Shown: positions 1 through 16,597, counted from the stretch's first letter. The stretch: DNA of 64,000 nucleotides from an uncultured Acidobacteriota bacterium (GCA_963843575.1 CAWJKZ010000025.1:1-64000); one strand, 5' to 3'. Translations and numbers: made by a program. Notes: generated from the sequence alone by a model not told the origin.

Positions 1-609
1 CCTGGCCCACATCCGGTACAAAACCAGCGGTGAGGTGGACAAGTGTCACGCCCACCCCTTTGTCCTCTCTTTCTGGGGCCAGTCCTGGATTTTCGCCCAC
101 AACGGCAAGGCCCCGGCCATCGAACCCTACGTCAGTTCCCACACCCCGGTGTTGGAGGCGGCGAGCGACTCGGCCCGAACCTTCGAGTTCTTGCGGGATT
201 ATTTGCCGACGCCGAACCCCGGCGGCCTCACACGCCGTTCGACGTTATCCTCCGGGAGGCCCTGGTTAACCTGCTCCAGCGTTATCCCGGCAAATACGAC
301 TTTCTCCTCACCAACGGCCAGGTTATCTGGGCGTTCACCAACCACCGGCAATTCCTGATGCTCAAGGGCAGCGAGAAGCTGGAGGACGCCCTGCTCCTGA
401 CCACCATCGAGGAGGGCCTCAGCTCGGAAAACTGGCAGAAGCTGACGGCGGCGGAGGGCCACGGGGGCCGACTGCTGCTCATTGCCGGGGGCGACCTGTC
501 CTGTCGGCAGACCTGCTCCCCTGAAGCCTCCGGGCACCGGCGAGGTCTTCCGGCTGGCGCTTATCTTTGGCCCGCGCCAAGAATATGCAAAAAGTTTTTA
601 ATACATTGA
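1..609 (+). CDS. Class II glutamine amidotransferase (YafJ/EgtC-like), 5'-partial, frameshifted near 230
   Basis: Frame from base 2 reads LAHIRYKTSG..CHAHPF..WIFAHNG (AHIR, HPF and FAHNG motifs); continues in the 43..609 frame as YDFLLTNGQVIWAF. 3' end uncertain. Confidence 0.7.
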
Positions 610-634
610 AAGGGACGCATGTCTAATATATTGT
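606..634 (+). promoter_or_regulatory. Putative sigma70 promoter for the 672 gene
   Basis: TTGAAA (606-611), 17 bp spacer, TATTGT (629-634); AGGAG RBS before ATG 672. Confidence 0.4.
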
Positions 635-671
635 AAAACTCAGCTCCCGGAATAATGGAAGGAGTACGTCA

Positions 672-4198
<3,527 letters not shown>

Positions 4199-4304
4199 GC
4201 CTCGCGCTCGCCGGGGAGGAGCAGGCCCGCCAGCCGCTCCTCCCGGCCGGTATCCGCGCCGCCGCAAAACTCCCATTGAGCGGGGAAGGCGGTGGTTTAT
4301 CTTT

Positions 4305-4333
4305 TTGACATTTTTTGGGGGTAATGTTATCGT
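4305..4333 (+). promoter_or_regulatory. Putative sigma70 promoter with extended -10
   Basis: TTGACA (4305-4310), 17 bp spacer, TATCGT (4328-4333) preceded by TG. Confidence 0.55.
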
Positions 4334-4378
4334 GCCTCAACTTTTGGGATAATCCAGGCCGGTATCCAAAGGGGGGGA

Positions 4379-4960
4379 ATGGTGCGGCGTTTGTGGGTCA
4401 GTGGCCTGATGGTCATGGTGCTGGCGGTCTTCGTGTGGCTGCCGGGAAGGGTGACCGGGGCGGAGTTCGACGTCAGCAAATTCAACCAGGAAGTGGGCCT
4501 GCGCTTGGCGTACGGCAAAAACACCAAGACGGCCTCAGTCCACCTTTACAGCCTGCTGCCCCGCTGGGGCATTTTTCTCATGGCCCCGGGCAAAAGCTGG
4601 GGCCCCTTTGGGGCTTCGTTTGTGGTGGAAGGCATCGTCAGCCTCGCCGGGGCCGATGAGGTGGGCTTTGAAGTGGGCTTCACCCCCCTGATGAAGTTCA
4701 GCTGCCTCGTCTTTCCCTCCGTCCTGGCCTATATCGAAGGCGGCGCCGGGCTCATCAGCGAAAGTATCAACAGCAACGCCATCGCCCATGCCTTCAACTT
4801 CACCCCCCAGGCGGGAGGCGGCTTCGACATCGCCCTGACTCCCCAAATGGCCCTGTCGGTGGCTTACCGGTTCCGCCATTCTTCCAACGCCGGCATCTAT
4901 AAGGAAAATCCCGCCTTTAACGTCAACTTTTTTCAGGCCGGCCTGAATTACTACTATTAA
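4379..4960 (+). CDS. Lipid A 3-O-deacylase (PagL)-like outer-membrane beta-barrel
   Basis: Signal peptide, alternating beta-strand pattern, FNFTPQAGGG, YRFRHSSNAG (H-x-S-N motif), terminal aromatic residue. Confidence 0.8.
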   Translation: MVRRLWVSGLMVMVLAVFVWLPGRVTGAEFDVSKFNQEVGLRLAYGKNTKTASVHLYSLLPRWGIFLMAPGKSWGPFGASFVVEGIVSLAGADEVGFEVGFTPLMKFSCLVFPSVLAYIEGGAGLISESINSNAIAHAFNFTPQAGGGFDIALTPQMALSVAYRFRHSSNAGIYKENPAFNVNFFQAGLNYYY

Positions 4961-5170
4961 GACCACTTGGCAGTCAACCGGATATGGGTGGGGCGGACCT
5001 GCGTGGCCTGTGCCGGGGGGAAACCTGGGTGGCCTCGACGAAATTGGCCGTGTTTCGAAGCGATGAGAAAACCTCGCTAGCGCGGGGCGACTCGCGGGAC
5101 TACGCCAGGCTCCCAGGGTACCTGCGGCTACCCCCAAATCCCGGGAAAAAAGGCGACCACACCTGATCCC

Positions 5171-5203
5171 TTGACATATCAGTAATTGTTATTATATAAT
5201 AAC
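5171..5203 (+). promoter_or_regulatory. Promoter of the Fur/PerR gene with overlapping palindromic operator
   Basis: TTGACA 5171-5176, TATAAT 5195-5200 (18 bp spacer), perfect palindrome GTTATTATATAATAAC 5188-5203; ATG 8 nt after the -10. Confidence 0.7.
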
Positions 5204-5208
5204 CACAC

Positions 5209-7744
<2,536 letters not shown>

Positions 7745-7757
7745 AACCCACCCCCGT

Positions 7758-7780
7758 GGAGTGCGGCGGCGCGACGCCGC
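7758..7780. repeat. REP family 2 (GGAGTGCGGC type), single arm
   Basis: GGAGTGCGGCGGCGCGACGCCGC, matching the copy at 38558. Confidence 0.7.
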
Positions 7781-8160
7781 CGCCAGGTGCCGAAGATACT
7801 TCGCCCCGTGTCAAGATGCCGCGATTCCAGTATTGAAGCGCGGCGCACTGGCCTGATGGGGCCCGACTCGGCCTGGCCGAGTCCTTCAGTGGCCTTCCGT
7901 GGCAAGTTTTTGAATTTCGGCGCTCCCAGGACCGACTGTTGTGTCCAGAGATCGAGAATGCCTATGGGTTGACGGCCGAGGCGCCGCATTTTCAAATCAA
8001 CTTCACTTTCCTGACCGGGGAAGTGTCGCCCGCCATGTAGGGTTTCATGGTGTTTTCCCGGTGGAATCAGTTTGCCTGGGACGGGGGGCAATTTAACCGA
8101 GTTTGAGGTCGAGCACCACGAAAACTTCGGAGGGGCCCGGCGACCCTTGCGCACAAACAA

Positions 8161-8196
8161 GTGGGTCCGGGCCTTCAGAGGCTGTCTGGCGGTTGC
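8161..8196. mobile_element. Degenerate REP1 half-site / MITE end junction
   Basis: GTGGGTCCGGGCCTTCA directly followed by GAGGCTGTCTGGCGGTTG, a decayed TIR. Confidence 0.6.
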
Positions 8197-8261
8197 ATAA
8201 TCGAAGTTCGGCGGCTCGGTGGCGACGGACGGATGAAGGGAAGCCCGGGAAAACAGCCGCT

Positions 8262-8783
8262 TCAGGCCGGCTCGAGGTCCACGTCGCAGTTGAGACGGTC
8301 GCACGCAGACTGCAGCCGCGCACGGAGTTCCCTGATGGGTACTCCCGGAGGGACTGTCAGCCGCATCTCCATCAGGAACACTCCCGTCCCCATGAAGGGT
8401 GCGGACTCGTGGCGGGTGGTGAGGTCCTCGATGTTGACGCCCTGCGCGCGCAACACCTCGCTCACCCCGTGGACGATTCCGGGCTGGTCCATGGAGTAGG
8501 TCTTGAGCCTGAACGGGATCCCCTCGACACCCTTGGCCGAAGGCTCCGGTTCGAGGAGGGTGAGCCGCAGCCCGATCTCCCCGGCCAGCCTGGGGAGCGA
8601 GTCGCGCAGGCTCGCGGCAGACGCGGTTTCGGCCTCAAACAGCATCAGCATGGCGAACTGGCCTCTCAGGTTCACCATTCGGGAGTCGAGGACGTTGGCG
8701 CCGCGTGCGTGGAGATGTCCCGTGACCTGTTCCACGATGCCGGGGCGGTCCAGACCGATCGCATTCAGTATGAGTTGTTGCAC
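8262..8783 (-). CDS. gcvR: GcvR-like tandem ACT-domain protein
   Basis: AIGLDRPGIV..GANVLDSRM and SMDQPGIV..GVNIEDL ACT repeats; 173 aa. Confidence 0.8.
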   Translation of the reverse strand: MQQLILNAIGLDRPGIVEQVTGHLHARGANVLDSRMVNLRGQFAMLMLFEAETASAASLRDSLPRLAGEIGLRLTLLEPEPSAKGVEGIPFRLKTYSMDQPGIVHGVSEVLRAQGVNIEDLTTRHESAPFMGTGVFLMEMRLTVPPGVPIRELRARLQSACDRLNCDVDLEPA

Positions 8784-8840
8784 GGTGGAACCTCCCTCGG
8801 AACGGTGCCCCGCAGACCGTTCAAGACTGCCGCGGCCCGC

Positions 8841-10169
8841 TCAGTGGATGCAGTATAGCGTATTGCGCCCGCGCAGAAAGATCTCGCCCAATGCGACCGC
8901 CGGGGTGGCGATGAAGAACTCATCCGGGATGGAGTTCGTGGCGAGGACCTCGAACGTATCCCCCATTTTCACCACGACCACATCCCCATCCTCGGTCGCC
9001 ATGTACAGCTTTCCCTGGACTCCGACGGGGGACGACTTGAAACTGTACGGTTTCGGCAGCCGTACCTGATGGTAGAGCGGAACTCCCGTCCCGCTGTTGA
9101 AGCAGCTGAGCATTCCCTGGTCCGTCAGGACGTAGAGGCGGTCGTTGTGCAGAACCGGCGACGCGGTGTATGACAGGCCGCGGGTGGTGCTCCACACGAT
9201 CGCGTCCGTTCCGGTCAGGTCGCCGGTCCGGCCCATCCGTATGGCCATCAGGTTCGGATCGCGGTAGCCGCTCATGACGTACACGATACCCTTCGCGTAA
9301 ACGGGCGCGGGAATGGGATTCCGACCGATGCCTGCACATTCCCAGACGAGCCCACCGGTGTTGAAATCGTAGCAGCGCACTTTTTTGGTCGCGCTGATGA
9401 CCACATACTTCCGCCCCTCGAAGTCCACGACGAGCGGGGCGGCCCAACCGGACACCTCATCGCGGCTCGTCTTCCAGAGTTCCTTGCCCGTGTTTTTGTC
9501 GACGGCCACGACAAACGAACCCGCTTCATGGTCGAAGTTGAGGATCAGGGTGTTGCCGTGCAGGACGGGGGCGGTGCCCTCCCCGAACTGCATGACCATT
9601 TTCATTTGCACACCGAAGTCCTTCTCCCAGAGCGGCTTGCCTTCCACGGTCAGGGCATACAGGCCGCGCGAGCCGAAGAAGGCGTACACGTTCTTGCCGT
9701 CGGTGACGGGGGAGTTGGAAGCGAAGCTCCCGTACTGGTCGTGGTACCCCTCGTGCGGGGTGGCGGTCTTGACGGTTTTCCGCCAGAGCAGTTTCCCGGT
9801 GGTGCGCTCGACACAGAGCACGTCAAAACGGTGCTCGCGCAGTTGGGTGGCGTTCCCGCCGGGGCCCCTGCGTTCGGACTGCGCGGGGGCGGGCGCGTGG
9901 TCGGTGCCGGTCGGCACCGCCGTCGTGAGGAAAATGCGGTCGCCCCAGATGACCGGGCTCGAATGACCGCGTCCGGGAATGTCCGTCTTCCATTTGACGT
10001 GCTCGGTTGCGCTCCACCGGAGCGGGGCGTCCCCGAGCGCCAGGCCGTCGTTCGCCGGTCCCCGCCATTGCGGCCAGTAACCTAGCGTCGCGTCGCCGGC
10101 TGCCGGCCCGAGACCGCACACGATAACAGCTGCAATCGACCAGATAACAAAGAAAAACCTGCTGCGCAT
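8841..10169 (-). CDS. Exported PQQ-like beta-propeller (BamB-like) protein
   Basis: Signal peptide, WPQWRGP, GHSSPVIWGDRIF, ASNSPVTDG, repeated TGK..W motifs. Confidence 0.85.
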   Translation of the reverse strand: MRSRFFFVIWSIAAVIVCGLGPAAGDATLGYWPQWRGPANDGLALGDAPLRWSATEHVKWKTDIPGRGHSSPVIWGDRIFLTTAVPTGTDHAPAPAQSERRGPGGNATQLREHRFDVLCVERTTGKLLWRKTVKTATPHEGYHDQYGSFASNSPVTDGKNVYAFFGSRGLYALTVEGKPLWEKDFGVQMKMVMQFGEGTAPVLHGNTLILNFDHEAGSFVVAVDKNTGKELWKTSRDEVSGWAAPLVVDFEGRKYVVISATKKVRCYDFNTGGLVWECAGIGRNPIPAPVYAKGIVYVMSGYRDPNLMAIRMGRTGDLTGTDAIVWSTTRGLSYTASPVLHNDRLYVLTDQGMLSCFNSGTGVPLYHQVRLPKPYSFKSSPVGVQGKLYMATEDGDVVVVKMGDTFEVLATNSIPDEFFIATPAVALGEIFLRGRNTLYCIH

Positions 10170-10384
10170 CCATCCTCCTGAGGGACATTCGGGAAACGAG
10201 GTGTTGATCCTGTAGTAAACAATAAAACGGCCGGCGGCGCCACCGAGAAAGGCGGCCGACGGAGGAGTCTGTGCGGCATCGGACCAAACCGGGGGGATCG
10301 CCTATAATACGGATTGCCCGCACCCGGGGGGCCGGCGGTCCTCCGGCGGCGCCGACGGGGCGGCCAGGCCGCACAGGGGGATGG

Positions 10385-10888
10385 ATGGAGACCAAGGCGA
10401 TTCAGGATTACTACCCGCCCGAACTCAGCCACTGCTACGGCTGCGGCACGCTGAACGAGCGCGGCCACCATATCAGGACGTACTGGGATGGGGAGGAAAC
10501 CGTCTCGATTTTCACACCGGAGCCTTGGCACGTCGCGGTCCCCGGATTCGTCTACGGCGGACTGCTCGCGTCGCTGATCGATTGCCACGGGACCGGGACC
10601 GCAGCCGCGGCCGCGTACCGGGCGGAGAACCGGGACCTGGGCAGCACCCCCCCGCTGCGCTTCGTGACCGCCTCGCTCAAGGTGGACTATTTGAGACCCA
10701 CACCGCTAGGAGTCCCTCTCGAGGTCAGGGGCAGGGCCAGGGAGAACTCGGGCCGCAAAGTGGTTGTGGAATCCGCCATACGGGCCAACGGGATTGTCTG
10801 CGTGCGCGGCGAAGTCGTCGCGGTCCGGTTGCAGGAGGGCGGGGTCGAACCGACCCCGCCCAACCCACGAGTGACGGCCCTCGATTGA
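10385..10888 (+). CDS. PaaI-family hotdog thioesterase
   Basis: CYGCG..N..G, PGFVYGGLLASLIDCH, VTASLKVDYLRPTP. Confidence 0.85.
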   Translation: METKAIQDYYPPELSHCYGCGTLNERGHHIRTYWDGEETVSIFTPEPWHVAVPGFVYGGLLASLIDCHGTGTAAAAAYRAENRDLGSTPPLRFVTASLKVDYLRPTPLGVPLEVRGRARENSGRKVVVESAIRANGIVCVRGEVVAVRLQEGGVEPTPPNPRVTALD

Positions 10889-10907
10889 CGGGGGCCTCGA
10901 AGCTCGC

Positions 10908-11423
10908 CTACTTGAATGAAAGTGAGACGTAGTCGCGGCCGCGGTAGAGCCGGTACTCGTTACCGGCCTTCTCTATAGTGAGTGGCCGGGGGCTCTTGAT
11001 CTGGTCGTCCTTCCCGGCCGCGATGGTGTGGATGACAGCACCGCCCAAGTCGAGGATGTTCAGCTTCGCATCGTTGGTGAACCCGAAACCATACGCGCCG
11101 GTTTTCAGTTGCGCGCGGCCAATGGCGACCGGCGCATCCGCGATCAGGAATCCCTCGTACTTGCCCCGGATGTTGGACGCATACCCCGAGGTGTCGACCA
11201 GGGCGGCCACAAGGTGTCGTTTCCCCAGGAACCGCACCGCCGCCGCGTTCCTCGTCTGCGTCGGGCCGAGCTGGCCCTCGAAATAGAAATTGTTCGGCAC
11301 CACCTTGGCCAGCTCCTCGGCCGTCAGCAGAGCCGGTTCCTGCGCTGCCGCGATCGGGCAGAGGCAGCAGGCAATGAGCAGCGCCCCGGCACAGGCCGAG
11401 GTAATCCCGTGAAGTCCCCTCAT
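10908..11423 (-). CDS. Exported hypothetical protein
   Basis: Signal peptide ending AAA-Q; globular domain (FYFEGQ, LVDTSGYAS, GAYGFGF). Start could be 11450. Confidence 0.65.
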   Translation of the reverse strand: MRGLHGITSACAGALLIACCLCPIAAAQEPALLTAEELAKVVPNNFYFEGQLGPTQTRNAAAVRFLGKRHLVAALVDTSGYASNIRGKYEGFLIADAPVAIGRAQLKTGAYGFGFTNDAKLNILDLGGAVIHTIAAGKDDQIKSPRPLTIEKAGNEYRLYRGRDYVSLSFK

Positions 11424-11700
11424 AATCCCCCCCAATACGGATAGTGACATCCGTTAAGGCTTTTTAGCGCGGCGGGGTCTGCCGGGCAAGCAAATTCCGG
11501 GGGTGGTCACGCCTGCCCGACGCGGCTCCGGCAACGGTGCGGTCTGCCGTACGGACAGGCTCGCGGCAGGCAACCTTGCCCGGGTTCCGTGGGAAAGCGC
11601 GTTGCAGGCCGGGTACTTCGGTGTTTTCCGGCTTCTTGCTGTCGGCCTTCCCTGGACCGGATGGTGCGTAGAGAGCCAAGATCCGCACAAGGGTCCAGGG

Positions 11701-11716
11701 CGAGGCGCCGCACTCC
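11701..11716. repeat. REP family 2, single arm
   Basis: CGAGGCGCCGCACTCC. Confidence 0.6.
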
Positions 11717-11737
11717 GGAAGCTTCTTGTTTGCGTGA

Positions 11738-14275
11738 ATGGCGGACTCCTGCTCGCCTTCAGGGGGAATAGCTGCTAAGATCTCGACCCATCGAGCCGAG
11801 ACGCCTGCGATGAGCCCAGGAAGCCACGAACCGGACATCGGGGAAGCGTTCGCCACTATCCGCCGATTCCTGTCGGATGAGATTCCACCGCTGACTGCAG
11901 CGGATGCCGTCCTGGCGGCCGTGCGGGAACCGCCCGAACGGCTCGCCCCCGAGCTACGCCAGTGGATCGCCTCGCAGGGAGGTCGGGCGAACAGGCAGTG
12001 GCGCGTGTGCGACCTGGTTTTCCACGCGCTGAAGAAGCTGAACGAAACGGCGGAACTCAACCTCGTCCCCGGGGAGCTGCTCGAACCGTTCCTGCAGAAA
12101 CTGAAGGTCATCGTGCTCGATTTCTGCCCCACCGAGGAGAAGGGCGAACTCCGCAGCATGCTGGACGGGCTGGAGCGGTCTTCCACGGCGCTCGAGCGGA
12201 CCATCGACTTTGTTCGTCGCCCGGTGCGCCGGGCTGCCGAAGGCCAGGGAGCGCCGGAAGGCGTCGCGGAGGGAGCGCAACCCTACGCGGCCGACGAGCG
12301 GCGCGAACGCCGTTTCTCCCTCATGCTGAACCGCCTGCAGAAAACGGCGCCGGAGGCGGCGGGCGCGGAGAGCGCCGACGGCACCCAACCGGACTCCGAG
12401 GCGCTCGCCCTGGCCGCCGCCGAGGCCCGGAGCGGCCCCGAGTTGGCCCAGGTCCAGACCGCCCTCGCCCAAGGCGGCGCCGGCTCCGGGACGCGGGAGG
12501 TTTTCCGGCTGCTGAGCCAGAGTCTCCCGGGGTGGGTAGTCCCGGTCGCGGACGACGAGCAGGGCAAAACGGCGGCGTTGCCGACCAACAATACGGCGCT
12601 GCTGGCCATGCGCCAGGTCATGCGCCTTGCCCAGTCGCGCAACGAAGGGGCGCAACGGTTCCAGGAAATGGTGCAAGCGGCCATAGAGCAGTTCAACCGC
12701 GGCTCCCTGGCCCGCGCCGTCACGATGCTGGAACTGTCCGGCAACCTGCTCGCCGAAGGCACGGTGGATGCCCGTGCCATGGACAGTATCCGCGGGTCCG
12801 CGCACGACGCCCTCGACACCAACCGTTTGCGCCGTTACGCGGAGCAGCCGGAGAAGCACCGTCTTCTCAGGCGGGCCCTTGCTTTCTTTGCTGAATTCGA
12901 GCCGGAAGCACTCCTCGATCACCTCCAGAACGAGCCCAAGCGCGACCGTCGCCGCCTCATCCTGAACCTGCTCGAGGTGCTTGGGGCGCCGGCGCGCGCC
13001 GCCGCGTTGCGGCACCTGGCCCCTGTCGTGCGCAGCCCGGAGCTGCCGGCGCGATGGTATTTCGCCCGCAACCTATTGTGCATCCTGAGCCGGATACCCC
13101 GCCCCGACGAAGCGGGAATCGAAAAGGAGATCGGCCTGATCGGGTCGCTGATGAACCTGGCCTACCCGGCGCCCCTGTTCCGGGAAGCGATCTCCCTGCT
13201 CGGGCAGCTCAAGCACGACGATTCGGAGCAACACCTGCTCGCCGCGCTTCAGCGGGTGGAAATCAGGCTGCACGAGCACGACGTCGCCGAGCCGGAAGTG
13301 GGAAAGCTCAGGTCGCATCTCGACCGGCTCGTCTCCGTCCTCGCCCGCTACGGAACCGCCAGGGCCGTCGCCGCGGTGGTCGACCACGGGCTCAAACAGG
13401 ACGAGGCACTGGGCGACTCTCTCGCCCGGATGTCCGCGCTGGGCGGGCAGAACCTCTCGGACGCGCCGGAGAGCGTGGAACGCCTGCTGCGGGTTGCGCG
13501 CGCGAAGACTCCCCGCCGGCTGCTGGGGTTGACGATCCAGAAGGATGTGCCGGGACTGCTCAACCTCGTCAAGGCGCTCGCGTCGACCCCGGCCCCCGCC
13601 GTCGAGGAGTTCTTGCGACAAATCGCCGGCCGGTTCCCCGACGAAGAGTTCGGCAAGGTGGCGCAGCAGGCCCTGCAGGGGTTCCGCCGGGGGCAAGACG
13701 CCGCCACGGCCGCCGATCGCCTGTTCGGCGACCTGGAGCTTTTCGGCCTCCCGGAACTGCTGCAGCAGCTCGTCAGCTCCCGCTTGTCGGGGTGTTTGAC
13801 CCTGAAAGACGTCAACAGCGAGGTTATCGGCTGCCTCACGCTCGACGCCGGCCGCATGCGGGAATGCCGCGCAGGAAAGCTGGAGGGAAAATCGGCACTT
13901 TACAGCCTCCTGGCCGCCCCGATACCGGGCACCTTCGCCTTCGTCGGACGCAAGCCCCACGGGAGTCCGGAAAACGTCGAGCCGCCGCCGCAGGACGAAG
14001 ACCTCATGCCGCTGATCGTCGAGGGGATGAAGCGCCACGACGAGCTGCAGAGGGCCCGGACGCTGGTCCCGAACGGATCGCGCCTGCGAGCGACCGGGGA
14101 GGAACCCATCCCCCGCCCCGACGAAGACGATCCGCAGCTCTTCCACAGGCTCTGGAAACAGGTTAACCGCGGTATCCCACCCGAGGAATGCGAGAAGGAT
14201 CCGCAGGCGGAGGCCGGCCAGATCCGCTTGCTGCTGGCACGTTGGGTCGAAGAGGGAAATCTCCGGGCCAACTAG
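11738..14275 (+). CDS. Large helical-repeat protein with C-terminal DUF4388-like domain
   Basis: HEAT-like segments (WYFARNLLCILSRI, REAISLLGQL); LFGDLELFGLPELLQQL..SGCLTL..GTFAF. Start may be ATG 11810. Confidence 0.65.
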   Translation: MADSCSPSGGIAAKISTHRAETPAMSPGSHEPDIGEAFATIRRFLSDEIPPLTAADAVLAAVREPPERLAPELRQWIASQGGRANRQWRVCDLVFHALKKLNETAELNLVPGELLEPFLQKLKVIVLDFCPTEEKGELRSMLDGLERSSTALERTIDFVRRPVRRAAEGQGAPEGVAEGAQPYAADERRERRFSLMLNRLQKTAPEAAGAESADGTQPDSEALALAAAEARSGPELAQVQTALAQGGAGSGTREVFRLLSQSLPGWVVPVADDEQGKTAALPTNNTALLAMRQVMRLAQSRNEGAQRFQEMVQAAIEQFNRGSLARAVTMLELSGNLLAEGTVDARAMDSIRGSAHDALDTNRLRRYAEQPEKHRLLRRALAFFAEFEPEALLDHLQNEPKRDRRRLILNLLEVLGAPARAAALRHLAPVVRSPELPARWYFARNLLCILSRIPRPDEAGIEKEIGLIGSLMNLAYPAPLFREAISLLGQLKHDDSEQHLLAALQRVEIRLHEHDVAEPEVGKLRSHLDRLVSVLARYGTARAVAAVVDHGLKQDEALGDSLARMSALGGQNLSDAPESVERLLRVARAKTPRRLLGLTIQKDVPGLLNLVKALASTPAPAVEEFLRQIAGRFPDEEFGKVAQQALQGFRRGQDAATAADRLFGDLELFGLPELLQQLVSSRLSGCLTLKDVNSEVIGCLTLDAGRMRECRAGKLEGKSALYSLLAAPIPGTFAFVGRKPHGSPENVEPPPQDEDLMPLIVEGMKRHDELQRARTLVPNGSRLRATGEEPIPRPDEDDPQLFHRLWKQVNRGIPPEECEKDPQAEAGQIRLLLARWVEEGNLRAN

Positions 14276-14386
14276 CGAATCCGGTGGGGCATCGCGAAGA
14301 CCGACCTCGCCCGCATCGCAAATAAACGGGCTTGGGGCAAAAGCGGCCTGAAGCAAAGACTCTCGAACGAAACGAAGAGGGGAAAA

Positions 14387-16462
14387 ATGACCACGTCCGA
14401 TTCGACACGAACCCGTTCAGGCTTGTCCCGCCGCGGCCTGCTGCGCCTGGGAGGCGCCGCGGCGGCCGCTGCCGTTGGGGTGGAGGGCAAGGCCCCCGCT
14501 TCACCCGCCCTGCCGCAGGCTCCCGCCGCCCCGGCTCTTGCGCCGTTGAACCGATTCCCCCGCATGCTGCAGGAGCACTTCGTCCTCCAGGTGCGCAAGT
14601 CGGAACGGGAAATCGTTGCGTCCCAGGAGACGCTGCAGACCCGGGCCGACGCCGAGGCGTACGTGCGCTCCGTTAGGGCCAGGATTCGCAACTGCTTCGG
14701 GCCGATGCCGCAGAAATCCCCGCTTCGGCCGAAGGTGACCGGGGAAGTGGAACGCGACGCGTATCGGATCGAGAAGGTCATCTTCGAGAGCCGGCCCAAT
14801 TTCCCTGTGACGGCAAACCTCTACATACCCAAAGGCCGCGCATTCCCGCTTCCGGGCGTCGTGGGATCGTGCGGGCACTCGGACAACGGCAAGGCGTCGG
14901 AAACCTACCAGTCGTTCGCACAGGGCCTCGCCAGGATCGGCTACGTGGTGCTGGTTTTCGACCCGGTCGGCCAGGGGGAGCGGCTGCAGTACACCGATGC
15001 CGGGCTCAAGCCCAGGCGCGGGATCGGCGTCGCCGAGCACCTGCACGCCGGGAACCAGCAGTTCCTCGTCGGCGAGTTTCTGGGAAGCTGGCGCGCCTGG
15101 GACGGCATGCGGGCGCTCGACTACCTGCTCAGCCGCCCGGAGGTCGATCCGCGGCATGTCGGGATCACGGGCAATTCCGGCGGCGGGACCATGACGACGT
15201 GGCTGTGCGGGCTGGAAGAGCGGTGGACCATGGCCGCGGCGGGCTGCTTCGTCACGACCTTCCGGCGCAACCTCGAAAACGAGCTGCCGGCCGACACGGA
15301 GCAGTGCCCGCCGCGGGCCCTGGCGCTCGGCCTCGATCACAGCGATTTCCTGGCCGCGATGGCTCCGAAACCGGTCATCATCCTGGCCAAGGAGCGGGAT
15401 TACTTCGACGTGCGCGGCGCGACGGAGGCTTACGGGCGGCTCAAGCGAATCTACACGCTGCTGGGGGCGCCCGACAACATCGCCCTGCAGGTCGGACCCT
15501 CCGAGCACGGCTACACGCGCGAAAACCGGGAGGCCATGTACCGGTGGTTCAACCGGGCGACCGGCAGCCCGCACGACGGCCAGGAACCGGCAATTACGAT
15601 TGAAAAGGACGAGACGCTCCAGTGCACGCCGCACGGTCAGGTCGCCGAACTCGGCGCCCGCACCCTGTTCGATTTCACGCGGGCGAAATCGCAGGAACTG
15701 GCGACGCACCGGGCCGCCCTCTCGGGAGAGGCATTGCGCGCCGCCGTAACCACGGCCCTGCGGCTGCCTCCGCGGCCCCCGGGCGCGCCGGAATACCGCA
15801 TCCTGCGCCCGCTCGCCGGGCGGGGCTACCCGCAACCGCATGCGACCACCTACGCCGTGGAAACGGAACCGGGGGTGTTTGCCCTCGTCGTGCGCCTGAA
15901 CGCCCGGCCGCACTACTCGCGGCCTCCCCAGGGACCCGACGCGGCCATGCTCTACGTCTCGCATCACTCGGCCGACGCGGAGTTGCGCGGCGAAGCCTTC
16001 CTCCGGCGCCTCATCGAAGAGTCGCCCGAGCTTCCGGTCTACGGGGTGGACGTGAGGGGAATCGGCGAGTCGCGGCCCGACACCTGCGGTGAAGACCAGT
16101 TCACCAGGCCGTACGGCAGCGACTATTTCTACGCGGCGCACTCGTTCATGCTCGACCGGCCGGTGGCGGGACAACGAACCTACGATGTGTTGCGGGTTCT
16201 GGACTGGCTGGCGGCCGCGGGACACACCCGCGTGCGCCTCGTCGCCAAGGGGTGGGGAACCCTGCCGGCGTTGTTCGCCGCGACGCTGGACCTGCGGGTG
16301 CGCGAGGCGGTCCTCGCCGGCGCCCCGAAGTCTTATGCTGCCATGGCGGAAGCGGAGGAGTACGGGTGGCCCCTGTCGAGCCTCGTCCCCGGCGTTCTCG
16401 GGACGTTCGACCTCCCCGACTGCTACCGCGACCTGGCAAACCGCGTCAAGCTGCTCGAGTAA
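14387..16462 (+). CDS. Tat-exported alpha/beta-hydrolase (acetylxylan esterase-like), two hydrolase-fold domains
   Basis: SRRGLL twin-arginine signal; EKVIFES, CGH..GK, DPVGQGER, GNSGGG nucleophile elbow. Confidence 0.8.
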   Translation: MTTSDSTRTRSGLSRRGLLRLGGAAAAAAVGVEGKAPASPALPQAPAAPALAPLNRFPRMLQEHFVLQVRKSEREIVASQETLQTRADAEAYVRSVRARIRNCFGPMPQKSPLRPKVTGEVERDAYRIEKVIFESRPNFPVTANLYIPKGRAFPLPGVVGSCGHSDNGKASETYQSFAQGLARIGYVVLVFDPVGQGERLQYTDAGLKPRRGIGVAEHLHAGNQQFLVGEFLGSWRAWDGMRALDYLLSRPEVDPRHVGITGNSGGGTMTTWLCGLEERWTMAAAGCFVTTFRRNLENELPADTEQCPPRALALGLDHSDFLAAMAPKPVIILAKERDYFDVRGATEAYGRLKRIYTLLGAPDNIALQVGPSEHGYTRENREAMYRWFNRATGSPHDGQEPAITIEKDETLQCTPHGQVAELGARTLFDFTRAKSQELATHRAALSGEALRAAVTTALRLPPRPPGAPEYRILRPLAGRGYPQPHATTYAVETEPGVFALVVRLNARPHYSRPPQGPDAAMLYVSHHSADAELRGEAFLRRLIEESPELPVYGVDVRGIGESRPDTCGEDQFTRPYGSDYFYAAHSFMLDRPVAGQRTYDVLRVLDWLAAAGHTRVRLVAKGWGTLPALFAATLDLRVREAVLAGAPKSYAAMAEAEEYGWPLSSLVPGVLGTFDLPDCYRDLANRVKLLE

Positions 16463-16467
16463 TTCTG

Positions 16468-16564
16468 GGAGTGCGGCGCCTCGGTACCATCTCCACGATG
16501 GCGCCGAGGCGCCGGGTATTTCGGCAGGACACCGGTGAAAAGCGGCGCCGAGGCGCCGCACTCC
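16468..16564. repeat. REP family 2 inverted pair between convergent genes
   Basis: GGAGTGCGGCGCCTCGG ... GCGGCGCCGAGGCGCCGCACTCC. Confidence 0.8.
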
Positions 16565-16597
16565 ACAGGCTCGCGAGGAGCATCGCAATCTCGCGGT

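Noticed and set aside
11460-11730. Possible riboswitch or ncRNA in this intergenic region (also 7790-8160, hairpin GACTCGGCCTGGCCGAGTC)
   Set aside because: GC-rich stems are present but I could not match a known consensus; an Rfam search would be needed.
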